In this document: positions 8,689-17,654 of the stretch, piece by piece
Numbering within the stretch: position 1 is the first letter of the stretch
How the letters are laid out: each line of letters begins with the position of its first letter
NCBI RefSeq assembly: GCF_900167395.1
Contig: NZ_FUWK01000009.1
Span: 1 to 32,000 of the forward strand
Source: Nitrosomonas europaea
Lineage (GTDB): Bacteria > Pseudomonadota > Gammaproteobacteria > Burkholderiales > Nitrosomonadaceae
Length of the DNA: 32,000 nt
Reading direction: 5' to 3'
Notes under the pieces: model-generated
Told to the model about the DNA's origin: nothing
The model's input: only the letters and a program-made list of their open reading frames with translations
Databases searched by the model: none
Position numbers and translations under genes: made by a program

Positions 8689-9125
8689 GCACGTACGACG
8701 CGGTGCAGATGGGGATCGGCCGGCTGAAATGCCTGCATCAGTGTTTTAAACAGACACTCGGCCTTGGCAGAATTATCACAGCTGTAACTGCATACGTATA
8801 CATCGAGAGTGACATAATTATCTTCTGGCCAGGTGTGCAGCGCCAGATGTGATTCAGCCAGCATGATCGTGCCGGTTACTCCTTCACCTGGGCCAAAGCT
8901 GTGGAACAGACTGCCGACGGCGGTCAGGCCGGCATCGGCTACGGCTTGTTTACAGAAAGCTTCAAGTGCAGCAGTATCCGTCATCAAATCGGCGCCATTA
9001 CGACAGCCGAACAGGTCACCGATGAGGTGCAATCCCGGCATTGCGCGTGTCACAAGGTGTTTACCACGCGGCGATACAGTAGCATCAACTACAGAGGTGG
9101 AATGGATATAAGGCAGAACACGCAT
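8685..9125 (-). CDS. speD: S-adenosylmethionine decarboxylase proenzyme (small pyruvoyl-dependent SpeD/SpeH type)
   Basis: The self-processing motif LAESHLALHTWPEDNYVTLDVYVC is present. I chose ATG 9125 (MRVLPYIH), which is preceded by GGAG with a 7-nt spacer, over the TTG at 9173 used by the track. Confidence 0.88.
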   Translation of the reverse strand: MRVLPYIHSTSVVDATVSPRGKHLVTRAMPGLHLIGDLFGCRNGADLMTDTAALEAFCKQAVADAGLTAVGSLFHSFGPGEGVTGTIMLAESHLALHTWPEDNYVTLDVYVCSYSCDNSAKAECLFKTLMQAFQPADPHLHRVVRA

Positions 9126-9317
9126 GACGCATCTCCACGAAAAAGTGGTAAACAGGACATACCGTCCGAACAAGCCAGATCGAGGGCGGCTATATGAAAG
9201 CCGGCAGCCTGATCCTGACAGTGAAAATCAAATAAAAAGAAAATAAACGTACCTAACTTATCTGAGCGAGAAATCTTGCGGGTACGATCGTATTCGTATC
9301 ATATCGCAGCAGGTTTG

Positions 9318-9348
9318 CGGAAAAAGAGGATATTTGAATATAACCTCT
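9318..9348 (-). terminator. Rho-independent terminator downstream of the lipoprotein gene
   Basis: The - strand RNA reads AGAGG-UU-AUAU-UCAA-AUAU-CCUCU followed by UUUUCC. It lies about 60 nt after the stop at 9409. Confidence 0.5.
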
Positions 9349-9408
9349 AAAAAACCTGGAATTTTAACTTTAATTCATCATGAGGGCAAATTGCCAGACG
9401 GAGGTTCC

Positions 9409-10632
9409 CTAAGGTGAGCAATCAGCGATCAGTATGCCGGGCGTGTTGATCTGGCCGATCGCAAGGCGATTGCCTGGCAGGGCGACAGCGGTTGCTACTG
9501 AATGACCATGTTTCCATCCGCCTTCCCATAGTAAGGTAGGTACGGTATCAGGGCCGAGCGACCGGGTATCGATGGCGTAGACGCCGGAAGGGGAGGGAAT
9601 GTGTGGCGATACCAGCAGGTTCAGTGCGGTGAGATCGACCCGGCGCTGGCCTGCAATAAGGATGCGTTCACCATCGAGCCGGAGATTGTCGGGCCGTATG
9701 GGGAGTTCTGCCGAGGCATATTCACCGATTTCACCATTTTCTTTTGAGACGAAGCGGAGTCTGCGTTCCCAGTAGCTGGCAATGACCAGATCGCAACCGG
9801 CACAGGGCCGGATGATGCCATTGGCGTTTCTGAAATCCTGAGCCGGGGGAGGCTGGATCACTCCATTGTTGATTCGTACCAGGGCGGGCCAGGGAGTTGG
9901 CCTGAATGGCAGCAGGCCATATTCATCAAACCGGGTGATAGTAAGATGAAAACTCCTACTATCATCATTGCGGACGGCCTGAAGGCTGTTGGCTGCGGTA
10001 AGTCGGGCGCCGGTCTGGGTATCGGCTGGTGTCGCAAGCGTTGCTTTAGTGATTTCACCGCCGCTGATGTCCAGCTGCCAGATACGTACTGACTGTGGCC
10101 GGGCGATGTCGATGACGAATAGTGTACCTTCTCCGGGAGTGTTGCCAGGTACCAGTGACATTCCCAATGGTTCGAAGTCATCTTCGCTGGCATTGTTTCC
10201 GGGCCGCCATGCATACCGTGTGGATGCCGGTGTGTTTTCCCGGGAAATATCGACACTGCCCAAACGCCACTGGCCTGTTTTACATTCCGGGTCGCTGCTA
10301 TCATTGCATCGTTCACGGATGAAAAGCCGGGTGATATTACCGGTCGGGTCCAGTGGCAGCACAGCAATGTCTTCACTGCCTCCTCCCCGGGTTTCGATCG
10401 TCATGACCGGTTCGCCGGTGCAGAGTGCGTTACCTTTCACCACGCACCCGGTCAGCAGTATGCTGGCTGGAATGCTCAGGATGAGCAGGCGGATATTGCG
10501 GCGGAACGTGAAGGGAGTGAACGTAAAATTCAATACTGTTGTGAAAAATGACTGAATCACAGGAGCAGTAAAGCAGTAATTTTGTTTCCCTGGGAGGACT
10601 GAAGTGACCGCATTGCAGAGATACCGATACAA
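9409..10632 (-). CDS. Predicted lipoprotein of unknown function, possibly a beta-propeller (arylesterase/SMP-30-like)
   Basis: The signal peptide plus lipobox is RRNIRLLILSIPASILLTGC. There is weak, remembered-only resemblance to PON/arylesterase-type propellers (GGGSEDIAVLP, GTLFVIDIA, NANGII, RPDNLRLDGERILIAGQ). No in-frame ATG precedes the signal peptide. The track start at 10632 is TTG; GTG 10560 and TTG 10533 are alternatives, so the 5' end is uncertain. Confidence 0.65.
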   Translation of the reverse strand: MYRYLCNAVTSVLPGKQNYCFTAPVIQSFFTTVLNFTFTPFTFRRNIRLLILSIPASILLTGCVVKGNALCTGEPVMTIETRGGGSEDIAVLPLDPTGNITRLFIRERCNDSSDPECKTGQWRLGSVDISRENTPASTRYAWRPGNNASEDDFEPLGMSLVPGNTPGEGTLFVIDIARPQSVRIWQLDISGGEITKATLATPADTQTGARLTAANSLQAVRNDDSRSFHLTITRFDEYGLLPFRPTPWPALVRINNGVIQPPPAQDFRNANGIIRPCAGCDLVIASYWERRLRFVSKENGEIGEYASAELPIRPDNLRLDGERILIAGQRRVDLTALNLLVSPHIPSPSGVYAIDTRSLGPDTVPTLLWEGGWKHGHSVATAVALPGNRLAIGQINTPGILIADCSP

Positions 10633-10710
10633 CCCGTGCTCATAACGGGAATCGTATGCTGTCAGATTTTGGTATAGTTCCGAAAGGAAGATTTATCAGG
10701 AAAGTTTTCC

Positions 10711-10727
10711 GGTCATTTATTATGACC
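10711..10727 (-). terminator. Short hairpin just 3' of tRNA-Leu (possible terminator or processing signal)
   Basis: The - strand reads GGTCAT-aataa-ATGACC starting 5 nt after the CCA end. It is followed by GGAAAACTTTCC with no clean U tract. Confidence 0.3.
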
Positions 10728-10732
10728 ATTTC

Positions 10733-10817
10733 TGGTGCCCAGAAGAGGACTCGAACCTCCACACCCGAAGGCACATGGACCTGAACCATGCGCGTCTACC
10801 AATTCCGCCATCTGGGC
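10733..10817 (-). tRNA. tRNA-Leu (anticodon CAG), long variable arm, CCA encoded
   Basis: The - strand reads GCCCAGATGGCGGAATTGGTAGACGCGCATGGTTCAGGTCCATGTGCCTTCGGGTGTGGAGGTTCGAGTCCTCTTCTGGGCACCA (85 nt). The acceptor stem is GCCCAGA/TCTGGGC. The anticodon stem CATGG/CCATG encloses loop TTCAGGT. The T-loop is GGTTCGAGTCC. Confidence 0.95.
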
Positions 10818-10924
10818 ATTATCCTGATCATTACTGTGCTGATCTGCCGTCAGCCGATTCTGTGGGAACCGGGCTAAACAAGGCCGGCGCAGAAAGATCG
10901 TAAATTCTATAGGAAACCTTCGAT

Positions 10925-13126
10925 TTGTCAATCAAGAGAAAAAGAAACAAGAAAAATCAGCTTCGTGAACTCGATCCCTTTCTTAAACGTGAGCAGACCC
11001 GTTACGGGCAAGCGCTGCCCAGTCGTGAATTCATCCTGGAAGTACTGGATAAACAGGGGGTGCCGATCAGTGAATCCAAACTATTGAAACTGCTGGATAT
11101 TACATCCGAAGAATCCGAATTCTTTCGTCGCCGGCTGGCTGCGATGATTCGTGAAGGGCAGATCATCTGTAATCGCAAGGGCGATATTTGTGTAACCGAA
11201 AAACTGGAACTCGTAAAAGGGGTTGTTCAAGGCCATAGCGATGGTTTTGGTTTTCTGATTCCGGATGATGGCAGCACTGATCTGTTCCTGACTCCCAAAG
11301 AGATGCACAAAGTGCTGCATGGTGATCGCGTCATTGCCAGGGTTACCAATATCGTGGATCGGCGGGGGCGGCGGGAATGCAGAATCATCAGAGTTCTGGA
11401 GAGCGTCAATACGCAGCTGGTCGGAAGATTATTCGAAGAACACGGTATTTTCTTCGTCGTGGCTGAAGATAAGCGGATCAACCAGGATATTCTCATCCCC
11501 AAGGAAAATATCATGGATGCGCATGCCGGGCAGATCGTTGTGGCACGCATCATTCAGCAGCCAAGGGAGCATGCCCAGCCGATTGGACATATTATCGAGA
11601 TCCTGGGGGATTATGCTGCGCCAGGCATGGAGATCGAAATCGCGTTGCGCAAGTTTGATTTACCCCACGAATTTCCACCGGAAGTTATCTCTGTCAAATT
11701 TCCCCAGAAAGTTCTGAAGAAAGATCTCACTAAACGGGAGGATATTCGTCATCTGCCGCTGGTGACGATCGACAGTGAAACAGCGCGGGATTTTGACGAT
11801 GCTGTTCATTGTTGTCAGGAAGGAAAGGATTATCGGCTATTTGTTGCCATTGCCGATGTCAGCCATTATGTCCGTGATCAGGATGCTCTGGATAAAGAAG
11901 CATTCAATCGGGGTAATTCAGTTTATTTCCCGCGGCGGGTCATTCCGATGCTGCCGGAAGTGCTTTCCAATGGATTGTGTTCACTCAATCCGCAGGTAGA
12001 TCGCCTGTGTATGGTATGTGAAATGCTTTGGACGGCCAGAGGAGAACTGGTCGAATATCGTTTTTATCCGGCAGTGATGCTTTCTCACGCGCGCCTGACG
12101 TATAACATCGTTGCCGAACTGCTGGATCAGCCAAAAGGGGCGGTTGCCAAAGAACACAGACAACTGCTGCCACATATTCAATTGTTGTACCGTTTGTTCA
12201 AGGTGTTGCACAAATCCCGCGTAAAGCGGGGCGCAATTGATTTCGAAACCATTGAAACAGAAATGGTTTTCAATGATCAGGGCAAGATCGAGCAGATATA
12301 CCCGGTAAAGCGTAATGATGCTCATCGTCTGATCGAGGAATGTATGCTGGCGGCCAATGTGTGCGCGGCTGATTTTTTGCAGAAGCACGAGCAACCCGTT
12401 TTATACCGGATTCATGAAGGGCCGACTGATGAAAAGCTGGTAGCACTGCGGGATTTTCTGAAAGAGTTTGGCCTGCAGTTACGTGGCGGTGAAAAACCCC
12501 AGGCCAGAGACTATGCCCGGATACTCGATCGCATCAAGGAGCGGGCAGATGCGCAATTGCTGCAAACGGTGATGTTGAGATCGCTCAGTCAGGCTATGTA
12601 CAATCCGGATAATATCGGGCATTTTGGTCTGGCCTATGAAATGTATACTCATTTTACTTCACCCATCCGGCGTTATCCGGATCTGCTGGTGCATCGTGCC
12701 ATCAAGGCAGTACTTGCGGATAAACAGTATGAACCGGGTGATTGGCATGAAATCGGCAAACATTGTTCGCAAACGGAGCGGCGTGCCGATGAAGCTACGC
12801 GAGAAGTTCAATCCTGGCTCAAGTGTTTTTACATGCAGGATAAAATTGGCGATTGCTTTGGGGGTGTGGTCACAGGAGTAACTGCCTTTGGACTGTTCGT
12901 CACTCTGGATGAGATTTATGTCGAGGGTCTGGTTTATATTTCAGAACTGCCCAGTGATTATTTTCATTATGATGCAGTCAAGCATGTACTGCGCGGCGAG
13001 CGGAGTGGAATCAGTTTCCGGTTGGGTGACAGGCTGCAGGTAAAATTGGTCCGGGTCGATCTGGCGACGCGCAAGATCGATTTCATCCTTGCAGATAACA
13101 GCGTACGCAAGAAATCCAGCAGGTAA
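10925..13126 (+). CDS. rnr: Ribonuclease R (3'-5' exoribonuclease, RNB family)
   Basis: DPFLKREQTRYGQALPSREFILEVL aligns with the E. coli RNase R N-terminus. RNB motifs are TIDSETARDFDDAV and YTHFTSPIRRYPDLLVHR. The C-terminal S1 domain shows GVVTGVTAFGLFVTLDEIYVEGLVYISEL. The only plausible start is TTG 10925, preceded by AGGAAA. Confidence 0.93.
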   Translation: MSIKRKRNKKNQLRELDPFLKREQTRYGQALPSREFILEVLDKQGVPISESKLLKLLDITSEESEFFRRRLAAMIREGQIICNRKGDICVTEKLELVKGVVQGHSDGFGFLIPDDGSTDLFLTPKEMHKVLHGDRVIARVTNIVDRRGRRECRIIRVLESVNTQLVGRLFEEHGIFFVVAEDKRINQDILIPKENIMDAHAGQIVVARIIQQPREHAQPIGHIIEILGDYAAPGMEIEIALRKFDLPHEFPPEVISVKFPQKVLKKDLTKREDIRHLPLVTIDSETARDFDDAVHCCQEGKDYRLFVAIADVSHYVRDQDALDKEAFNRGNSVYFPRRVIPMLPEVLSNGLCSLNPQVDRLCMVCEMLWTARGELVEYRFYPAVMLSHARLTYNIVAELLDQPKGAVAKEHRQLLPHIQLLYRLFKVLHKSRVKRGAIDFETIETEMVFNDQGKIEQIYPVKRNDAHRLIEECMLAANVCAADFLQKHEQPVLYRIHEGPTDEKLVALRDFLKEFGLQLRGGEKPQARDYARILDRIKERADAQLLQTVMLRSLSQAMYNPDNIGHFGLAYEMYTHFTSPIRRYPDLLVHRAIKAVLADKQYEPGDWHEIGKHCSQTERRADEATREVQSWLKCFYMQDKIGDCFGGVVTGVTAFGLFVTLDEIYVEGLVYISELPSDYFHYDAVKHVLRGERSGISFRLGDRLQVKLVRVDLATRKIDFILADNSVRKKSSR

Positions 13127-13149
13127 CATTCACTCTCCCAATACAGCAC

Positions 13150-13932
13150 ATGACCCATTCTCAATATATTTTTGGTTTCCATGCCATTACCAGTCGCTTG
13201 CGTCAGCATCCGGACAGCATCAAGGAAATTTATCTGGATACCAATCGGCATGATCAGCGGGCGCGTGATCTGATGAGTCTGGCTGAAACCACTTCTACTC
13301 GCCTGATTCTCTGTGAACAGGATCGACTGTGCAAAATGACGGGCACTACTCGCCATCAGGGTGTAGCAGCCCATGTTACGAAGTTGCGCCGGTACGCTAC
13401 ACTCGAAGATTTACTGGAAGGATTGACCGAGCCGGCATTGTTACTGGTGCTGGATGGCGTCAAGGATCCGCACAATCTGGGAGCATGTTTGCGCGTGGCA
13501 GATGCATTTGGTGTGCATGCGGTAGTGGTTCCCAAGGATCGGGCGGTCGGTTTGTCAGCAACGGTTCATAAGGTCGCCAGTGGCGCGGTAGATACCGTCC
13601 CTTTTTTTGCAGTGACTAATTTGGCCAGAACACTGAGAGAACTGAAAGAGATGGGTCTCTGGATTGTTGGAACTGCTGCTGATGCGCCTGATACCCTCGA
13701 TTCTGTCACGCTGACAAGGCCTCTCGCCTGGGTATTGGGTGCAGAAGACGGGGGCATGCGCCGCCTGACCCGGGAAGCATGCGATCTGCTGGTGAGCATT
13801 CCCATGAGCGGTAGTATCGAAAGCCTGAATGTATCAGTCAGTGCCGGGATTTGCCTGTTTGAAACGTTCCGGCAGCATTCACAAAGAACGGGATCCGGGC
13901 TAAATGTCCCGGCTCCGAAAAATGCAGTTTGA
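13150..13932 (+). CDS. rlmB: 23S rRNA (guanosine-2'-O)-methyltransferase RlmB (SpoU/TrmH family)
   Basis: SpoU motifs are present: LVLDGVKDPHNLGACLRVADAFG, LGAEDGGMRRLT and IPMSGSIESLNVSVSAGICLFE. The rnr-rlmB order is the conserved one. Confidence 0.9.
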   Translation: MTHSQYIFGFHAITSRLRQHPDSIKEIYLDTNRHDQRARDLMSLAETTSTRLILCEQDRLCKMTGTTRHQGVAAHVTKLRRYATLEDLLEGLTEPALLLVLDGVKDPHNLGACLRVADAFGVHAVVVPKDRAVGLSATVHKVASGAVDTVPFFAVTNLARTLRELKEMGLWIVGTAADAPDTLDSVTLTRPLAWVLGAEDGGMRRLTREACDLLVSIPMSGSIESLNVSVSAGICLFETFRQHSQRTGSGLNVPAPKNAV

Positions 13933-14040
13933 ATCAGACGTTGCTTGAACTGGTTTCATACCCGGCCCAGCTGTCAAGCATGAGCCAAGTATGAATGATG
14001 GCGGGAAGAAACGAAATGCAGAATCTGATGCTGAGGACTG

Positions 14041-14469
14041 TCAGGGTTGTTGTTCACCAGTCGGATCGGTAACGAAACCGATACGTGCCAGCCCGGCTGA
14101 AGCAGCAATACTCATGACCTTGGCTACGAGTTCATAGTGTGTGTCGCGATCAGCACGAATATGTAACTCAGTTTGCTGGGATTGTTCAACTGCCGCGGCA
14201 AAACGTGAAGGTAGCTGGTCCAGCGTAACAGGTTCTCCCCCCCAGTAAAAACTGCCATCTGCACGTATGGCAAATTCGATGTGTTCCGGTTGGGTCAGAT
14301 TGGGAGAGCTGGATGCCTTGGGCAAATCGACTTTGACCGAGTGTGTCAGCAGTGGCGCGGTAATCATGAAGATGATCAACAGTACCAGCATGACATCTAC
14401 CAACGGTACGACATTGATTTCAGACATGGCGGTCTTGCTCTGATAACGGGATGAATCGCCAAAAGCCAT
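14041..14469 (-). CDS. exbD: Biopolymer transport protein ExbD/TolR
   Basis: It has the family N-terminus EINVVPLVDVMLVLLIIFMITAP with a single TM segment. The start overlaps the exbB stop (TAATG). Confidence 0.9.
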   Translation of the reverse strand: MAFGDSSRYQSKTAMSEINVVPLVDVMLVLLIIFMITAPLLTHSVKVDLPKASSSPNLTQPEHIEFAIRADGSFYWGGEPVTLDQLPSRFAAAVEQSQQTELHIRADRDTHYELVAKVMSIAASAGLARIGFVTDPTGEQQP

Positions 14470-15266
14470 TAGTGTCCCTCTCCACTAGCGATACCTGCTG
14501 TTGCATTTGCCAGTCCGGCTGCCGGGGCACTGCGCTGCGAAGTCGTTGTAACGACTTTCAGAGGGGCTTTCTCACTGTTTTCTCCGCCTACTTTGCTGCC
14601 CACCGTCAGGATCGTATAAAGATCATGTGCAAAACTGTCCAGTTGGGCCATCCACAAACGATTACGCCGTGTAAAGGCGTTGAAGGCCAGTACCGCCGGG
14701 ATGGCGACTGCCAGACCCAGTGCCGTCATGATCAGTGCTTCACCTACCGGGCCAGCCACTTTGTCCAGAGTACCCTGGCCAGACAGTCCGATCTGGATCA
14801 GGGCATGATAAATTCCCCAGACTGTACCGAACAGACCGATATATGGTGCGGCAGAACCTGCTGAAGCGATGATGGTGAGGCCATTTTCAATACGTGCAGC
14901 TTCCTGATCCAGGCTGTTGCGCAGTGAACGGGTGAGCAGCTCGTTGATACCGCCAGCTGCTGCCAGTTTTTCCAGTCCGTGTTTTTGGGAATCCGTTGTA
15001 ACGCCCAGTGCCGTTTTGGCCAGCTGGATGAATGCATGATTGCCGGTCATGGTTCTGATCTCGGTTTCGAGCTGCGGAATGGTATCAATATTCCAGAAGT
15101 GCTTGAGAAAAGCATTTGCACGGCGTGAAGCAATCGTATTGCTGATACTTTTGGTGACGATCAGATACCAGCTTGCTACTGACAAGGCAAGCAGGAGGAC
15201 CAGCACACACATTCCGACATGATCGATCTGTGTCAGAAAATTAGAGAAACCAAGCGCTTTTTCCAT
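14469..15266 (-). CDS. exbB: MotA/TolQ/ExbB proton-channel protein
   Basis: Family motifs are present: AAPYIGLFGTVWGI and GEALIMTALGLAVAIPAVLAFN. I chose ATG 15266 (MEKALGF), which has a GAAGGAAG SD inside the tonB 3' end, over TTG 15269. It carries an unusual C-terminal tail of about 35 aa rich in Ala/Gly/Ser/Thr. Confidence 0.9.
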   Translation of the reverse strand: MEKALGFSNFLTQIDHVGMCVLVLLLALSVASWYLIVTKSISNTIASRRANAFLKHFWNIDTIPQLETEIRTMTGNHAFIQLAKTALGVTTDSQKHGLEKLAAAGGINELLTRSLRNSLDQEAARIENGLTIIASAGSAAPYIGLFGTVWGIYHALIQIGLSGQGTLDKVAGPVGEALIMTALGLAVAIPAVLAFNAFTRRNRLWMAQLDSFAHDLYTILTVGSKVGGENSEKAPLKVVTTTSQRSAPAAGLANATAGIASGEGH

Positions 15267-15269
15267 CAA

Positions 15270-15989
15270 TTAACTTCCTTCGATAACAAAATTAAAAGGT
15301 TGCAGGGCAACTGCCGGTACAGGGTGGCCATTACGCGTTGCCGGCCGGCAACGCCAGGTTTTGACAGCCGATAGAGCAGCATTATCCAGTCTTGAATAAC
15401 CGCTGCTTTGGACGATTTTGGCTTTGCCTATCCGTCCCGTTTCATCCAGTTCCACCTGAAGCACCAGTTTTCCTTCCTCACCCAGACGACGGGACAGAGC
15501 AGGATAGGCAGGACTGGCCAGATCCGGACAGGACACAGAGAGTTCGGAAGACAGGGTAACGGGACCTGTCGGCATCTGTGCGGGTTTTGCTGCTATGACC
15601 GATTCACTGACTGTTTTCTTTTCTGGTTCCGGTTCAGGCTCATGTTCTTCAACAGGGGGAGGGGCAACATATTCCTGTGGCGTAACGGCAGGTGTTTTGG
15701 CGACCAGTTGATGCTTGGGCTGCGGCTGTACTTTTTTGACCGGGGGTGTGGGTTTGACCTGGGGAGGCGCGTGCTCCGCTTTCAATTCCACCTTGGGTGC
15801 TTTGGCAGCTTCTTCCTGTTTTTCAGGGGGGGCAATGAATTGTGCGTAGAGCGTGATCGTATCCGGGGTCGTGGTGCTGAAGCGATGATGCCACAAGCCG
15901 TAGAGTACAGCAGCGTGCGTTGCCACTACAACCAGGAAGCTGACAAGGGAAAGACCGGTAAGGGCCGGTTTATGACGAATTTTAGTCAT
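15270..15989 (-). CDS. tonB: Energy transducer TonB
   Basis: It has an N-terminal anchor LSLVSFLVVVATHAAVLYGLW. Pro-rich spacers are KPTPPVKKVQPQPK and EHEPEPEPEKK. The C-terminal domain reads YPALSRRLGEEGKLVLQVELDETGRIGKAKIVQSSGYSRLDNAALSAVKTWRCRPA. Confidence 0.9.
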   Translation of the reverse strand: MTKIRHKPALTGLSLVSFLVVVATHAAVLYGLWHHRFSTTTPDTITLYAQFIAPPEKQEEAAKAPKVELKAEHAPPQVKPTPPVKKVQPQPKHQLVAKTPAVTPQEYVAPPPVEEHEPEPEPEKKTVSESVIAAKPAQMPTGPVTLSSELSVSCPDLASPAYPALSRRLGEEGKLVLQVELDETGRIGKAKIVQSSGYSRLDNAALSAVKTWRCRPATRNGHPVPAVALQPFNFVIEGS

Positions 15990-16115
15990 ACGATATATGT
16001 GTGTTTATGAGTTACGCGATTTCAGGGTTAACTGATTGAAATTACTGAAACTAAAACGCCTGAATTACTTGGATCAGGGACCCTTGGATACCAACTTTAG
16101 AATGCTATCAGAACT

Positions 16116-16134
16116 GATAACGATTATCAATATC
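16116..16134. promoter_or_regulatory. Fur box upstream of tonB-exbB-exbD
   Basis: GATAACGATTATCAATATC matches the consensus GATAATGATAATCATTATC at 16 of 19 positions. It lies about 127 nt upstream of the tonB start. On the - strand it contains TTGATA, a possible -35, with TAGCAT 17 nt downstream. Confidence 0.6.
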
Positions 16135-16181
16135 TTGGTCGCTTTGTTCAGAATTTTAGATCAACCCGACACGGTATACAA

Positions 16182-16198
16182 TGCGACATTTTGTCGCA
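16182..16198 (-). terminator. Hairpin after rng (possible intrinsic terminator)
   Basis: TGCGACA-ttt-TGTCGCA is a perfect 7-bp inverted repeat 11 nt past the rng stop. On the - strand it is followed by UUGUAUACC, which is only weakly U-rich. Confidence 0.4.
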
Positions 16199-16208
16199 GA
16201 GAGAATAT

Positions 16209-17654
16209 TTAAATGAGGATCACGTCGTACTGTTCCTGTGTATAGGACGCGCCTACCTGCAATCCTATCGGCCGGGCAATGAAATCCCCCAGCTGGGCGA
16301 GGCTCTGAGATTCTTCATCCAGAAAAAGGTCGATCACCGGTTGTGAGGCCAGGATACGAAACTCCTTGGCATCGAACTGCCGGGATTCTCGCAACAGTTC
16401 GCGCAAAATTTCATAGCAGATGGTTTGTGCCGTCCTGATCTCTCCACGTCCCTGGCAGGTGGGGCAGGTTTCGCAAAGAATTTGTGCCAGGCTTTCACGT
16501 GTGCGCTTGCGGGTCATTTCGACCAGCCCCAGTGCAGTGAAGCCGTTGACGGTCATTTTGGTCCGGTCTTTCTGCAGGGCTTTGTTGAATTCGGCCAGCA
16601 CTGCAGCACGGTGTTCCTCACGATCCATATCAATGAAATCGATGATGATGATGCCACCCAGATTGCGTAAGCGCAGCTGCCGTGCAATTACCTGAGCGGC
16701 TTCGAGGTTGGTTTTGAATATGGTGTCATCAAAATTCCGTATTCCGACGAATCCACCTGTGTTGACGTCCATCGTAGTCAGCGCTTCGGTCTGATCGATG
16801 ATGACGTACCCTCCGGATTTCAGATCCACACGCCGTGCCAGTGATTTCTCGATTTCCTGTTCGACACCATATAAATCGAACAATGGCCGTTCCCCGATAT
16901 AGTGGCTGATTTTTTCCAGATCACTCATCATGTATTCATGGGCAAAAGTGGTCAGTTTCTGGAATGTCTCGCGCGAATCCACCCGGACACGGTAGGTGTC
17001 GGCATTGACGAAGTCGCGTAATACCCGGAGGCTCAAATCCAGATCCTGGTAAAGCAGTGAGGGGGAAGAGATGGTAAGCGATTTTTTCTGGATATCCTGC
17101 CAGAGCTTGTGCAGATAAACGATGTCGGCCTGTAATTCCGGCTCCTCGGCTGTTTCGGCCATGGTTCGAATGATATAGCCGCCGGTGGAATCGGGTGGAA
17201 GGATATTCTGTAATTTCTGGCGTAGCGATTCGCGCTCACTATTGTCCTCGATGCGCTGTGAGACACCAATATAGGATTCCTGTGGCAGGTAGACCAGTAA
17301 ACGTCCGGCAAGGCTGACCTGAGTGGAGAGCCGCGCTCCTTTCACACCGATTGCATCTTTCACTACCTGCACGAGGATGTTGCTGCCTTCTGAAAGGAGC
17401 TGCTCGATCGGTTTGTGATGATCATTCTGGCTGGATTCGTGGATATCCGCTACATGCAGGAAGGCTGCTCGTTCCAGGCCGATATCGATGAAAGCGGACT
17501 GCATGCCTGGTAATACGCGGCTGACACGTCCGTTATAAATGTTGCCCACGATGCCTCGGCTGCTGGTACGTTCAATGTGCAATTCCTGGGTGATGCCATG
17601 TTCGATGATGGCAACGCGTGTTTCCTGGGGGGGTGACGTTGATGAGAATCTCAC
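16209..17654 (-). CDS. rng: Ribonuclease G (RNase E/G family). The 5' end is anomalous; see findings.
   Basis: The S1 domain shows GNIYNGRVSRVLPGMQSAFIDIG. Catalytic-core motifs are YVIIDQTEALTTMDVNTG, LRLRNLGGIIIIDFIDM and LVEMTRKRTRE, and the Zn-link is CPTCQGRG. The continuous ORF starts at GTG 17654 (MRFSSTSPPQETRV). The family-typical N-terminus MSSEILINVTP starts at ATG 17661 in another frame. Confidence 0.9.
   Translation of the reverse strand: MRFSSTSPPQETRVAIIEHGITQELHIERTSSRGIVGNIYNGRVSRVLPGMQSAFIDIGLERAAFLHVADIHESSQNDHHKPIEQLLSEGSNILVQVVKDAIGVKGARLSTQVSLAGRLLVYLPQESYIGVSQRIEDNSERESLRQKLQNILPPDSTGGYIIRTMAETAEEPELQADIVYLHKLWQDIQKKSLTISSPSLLYQDLDLSLRVLRDFVNADTYRVRVDSRETFQKLTTFAHEYMMSDLEKISHYIGERPLFDLYGVEQEIEKSLARRVDLKSGGYVIIDQTEALTTMDVNTGGFVGIRNFDDTIFKTNLEAAQVIARQLRLRNLGGIIIIDFIDMDREEHRAAVLAEFNKALQKDRTKMTVNGFTALGLVEMTRKRTRESLAQILCETCPTCQGRGEIRTAQTICYEILRELLRESRQFDAKEFRILASQPVIDLFLDEESQSLAQLGDFIARPIGLQVGASYTQEQYDVILI

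Noticed and set aside
9174-10924. Genomic island integrated at tRNA-Leu
   Set aside because: There is no integrase, no direct repeat of the tRNA 3' end, and no obvious compositional break. The neighbours are ordinary chromosomal genes.
10713-10931. 72-aa - strand ORF
   Set aside because: It is a read-through translation of the tRNA-Leu gene (AELVDAHGSGP... is the tRNA sequence) and its flanks, so it is not a protein gene.
13943-13979. Imperfect inverted repeat (GCTTGAACTGG...CCAGCTGTCAAGC) between convergent rlmB and exbD as a bidirectional terminator
   Set aside because: The stem is interrupted by an asymmetric internal loop, the loop is 13 nt, and neither strand has a U tract. That is too weak to call.
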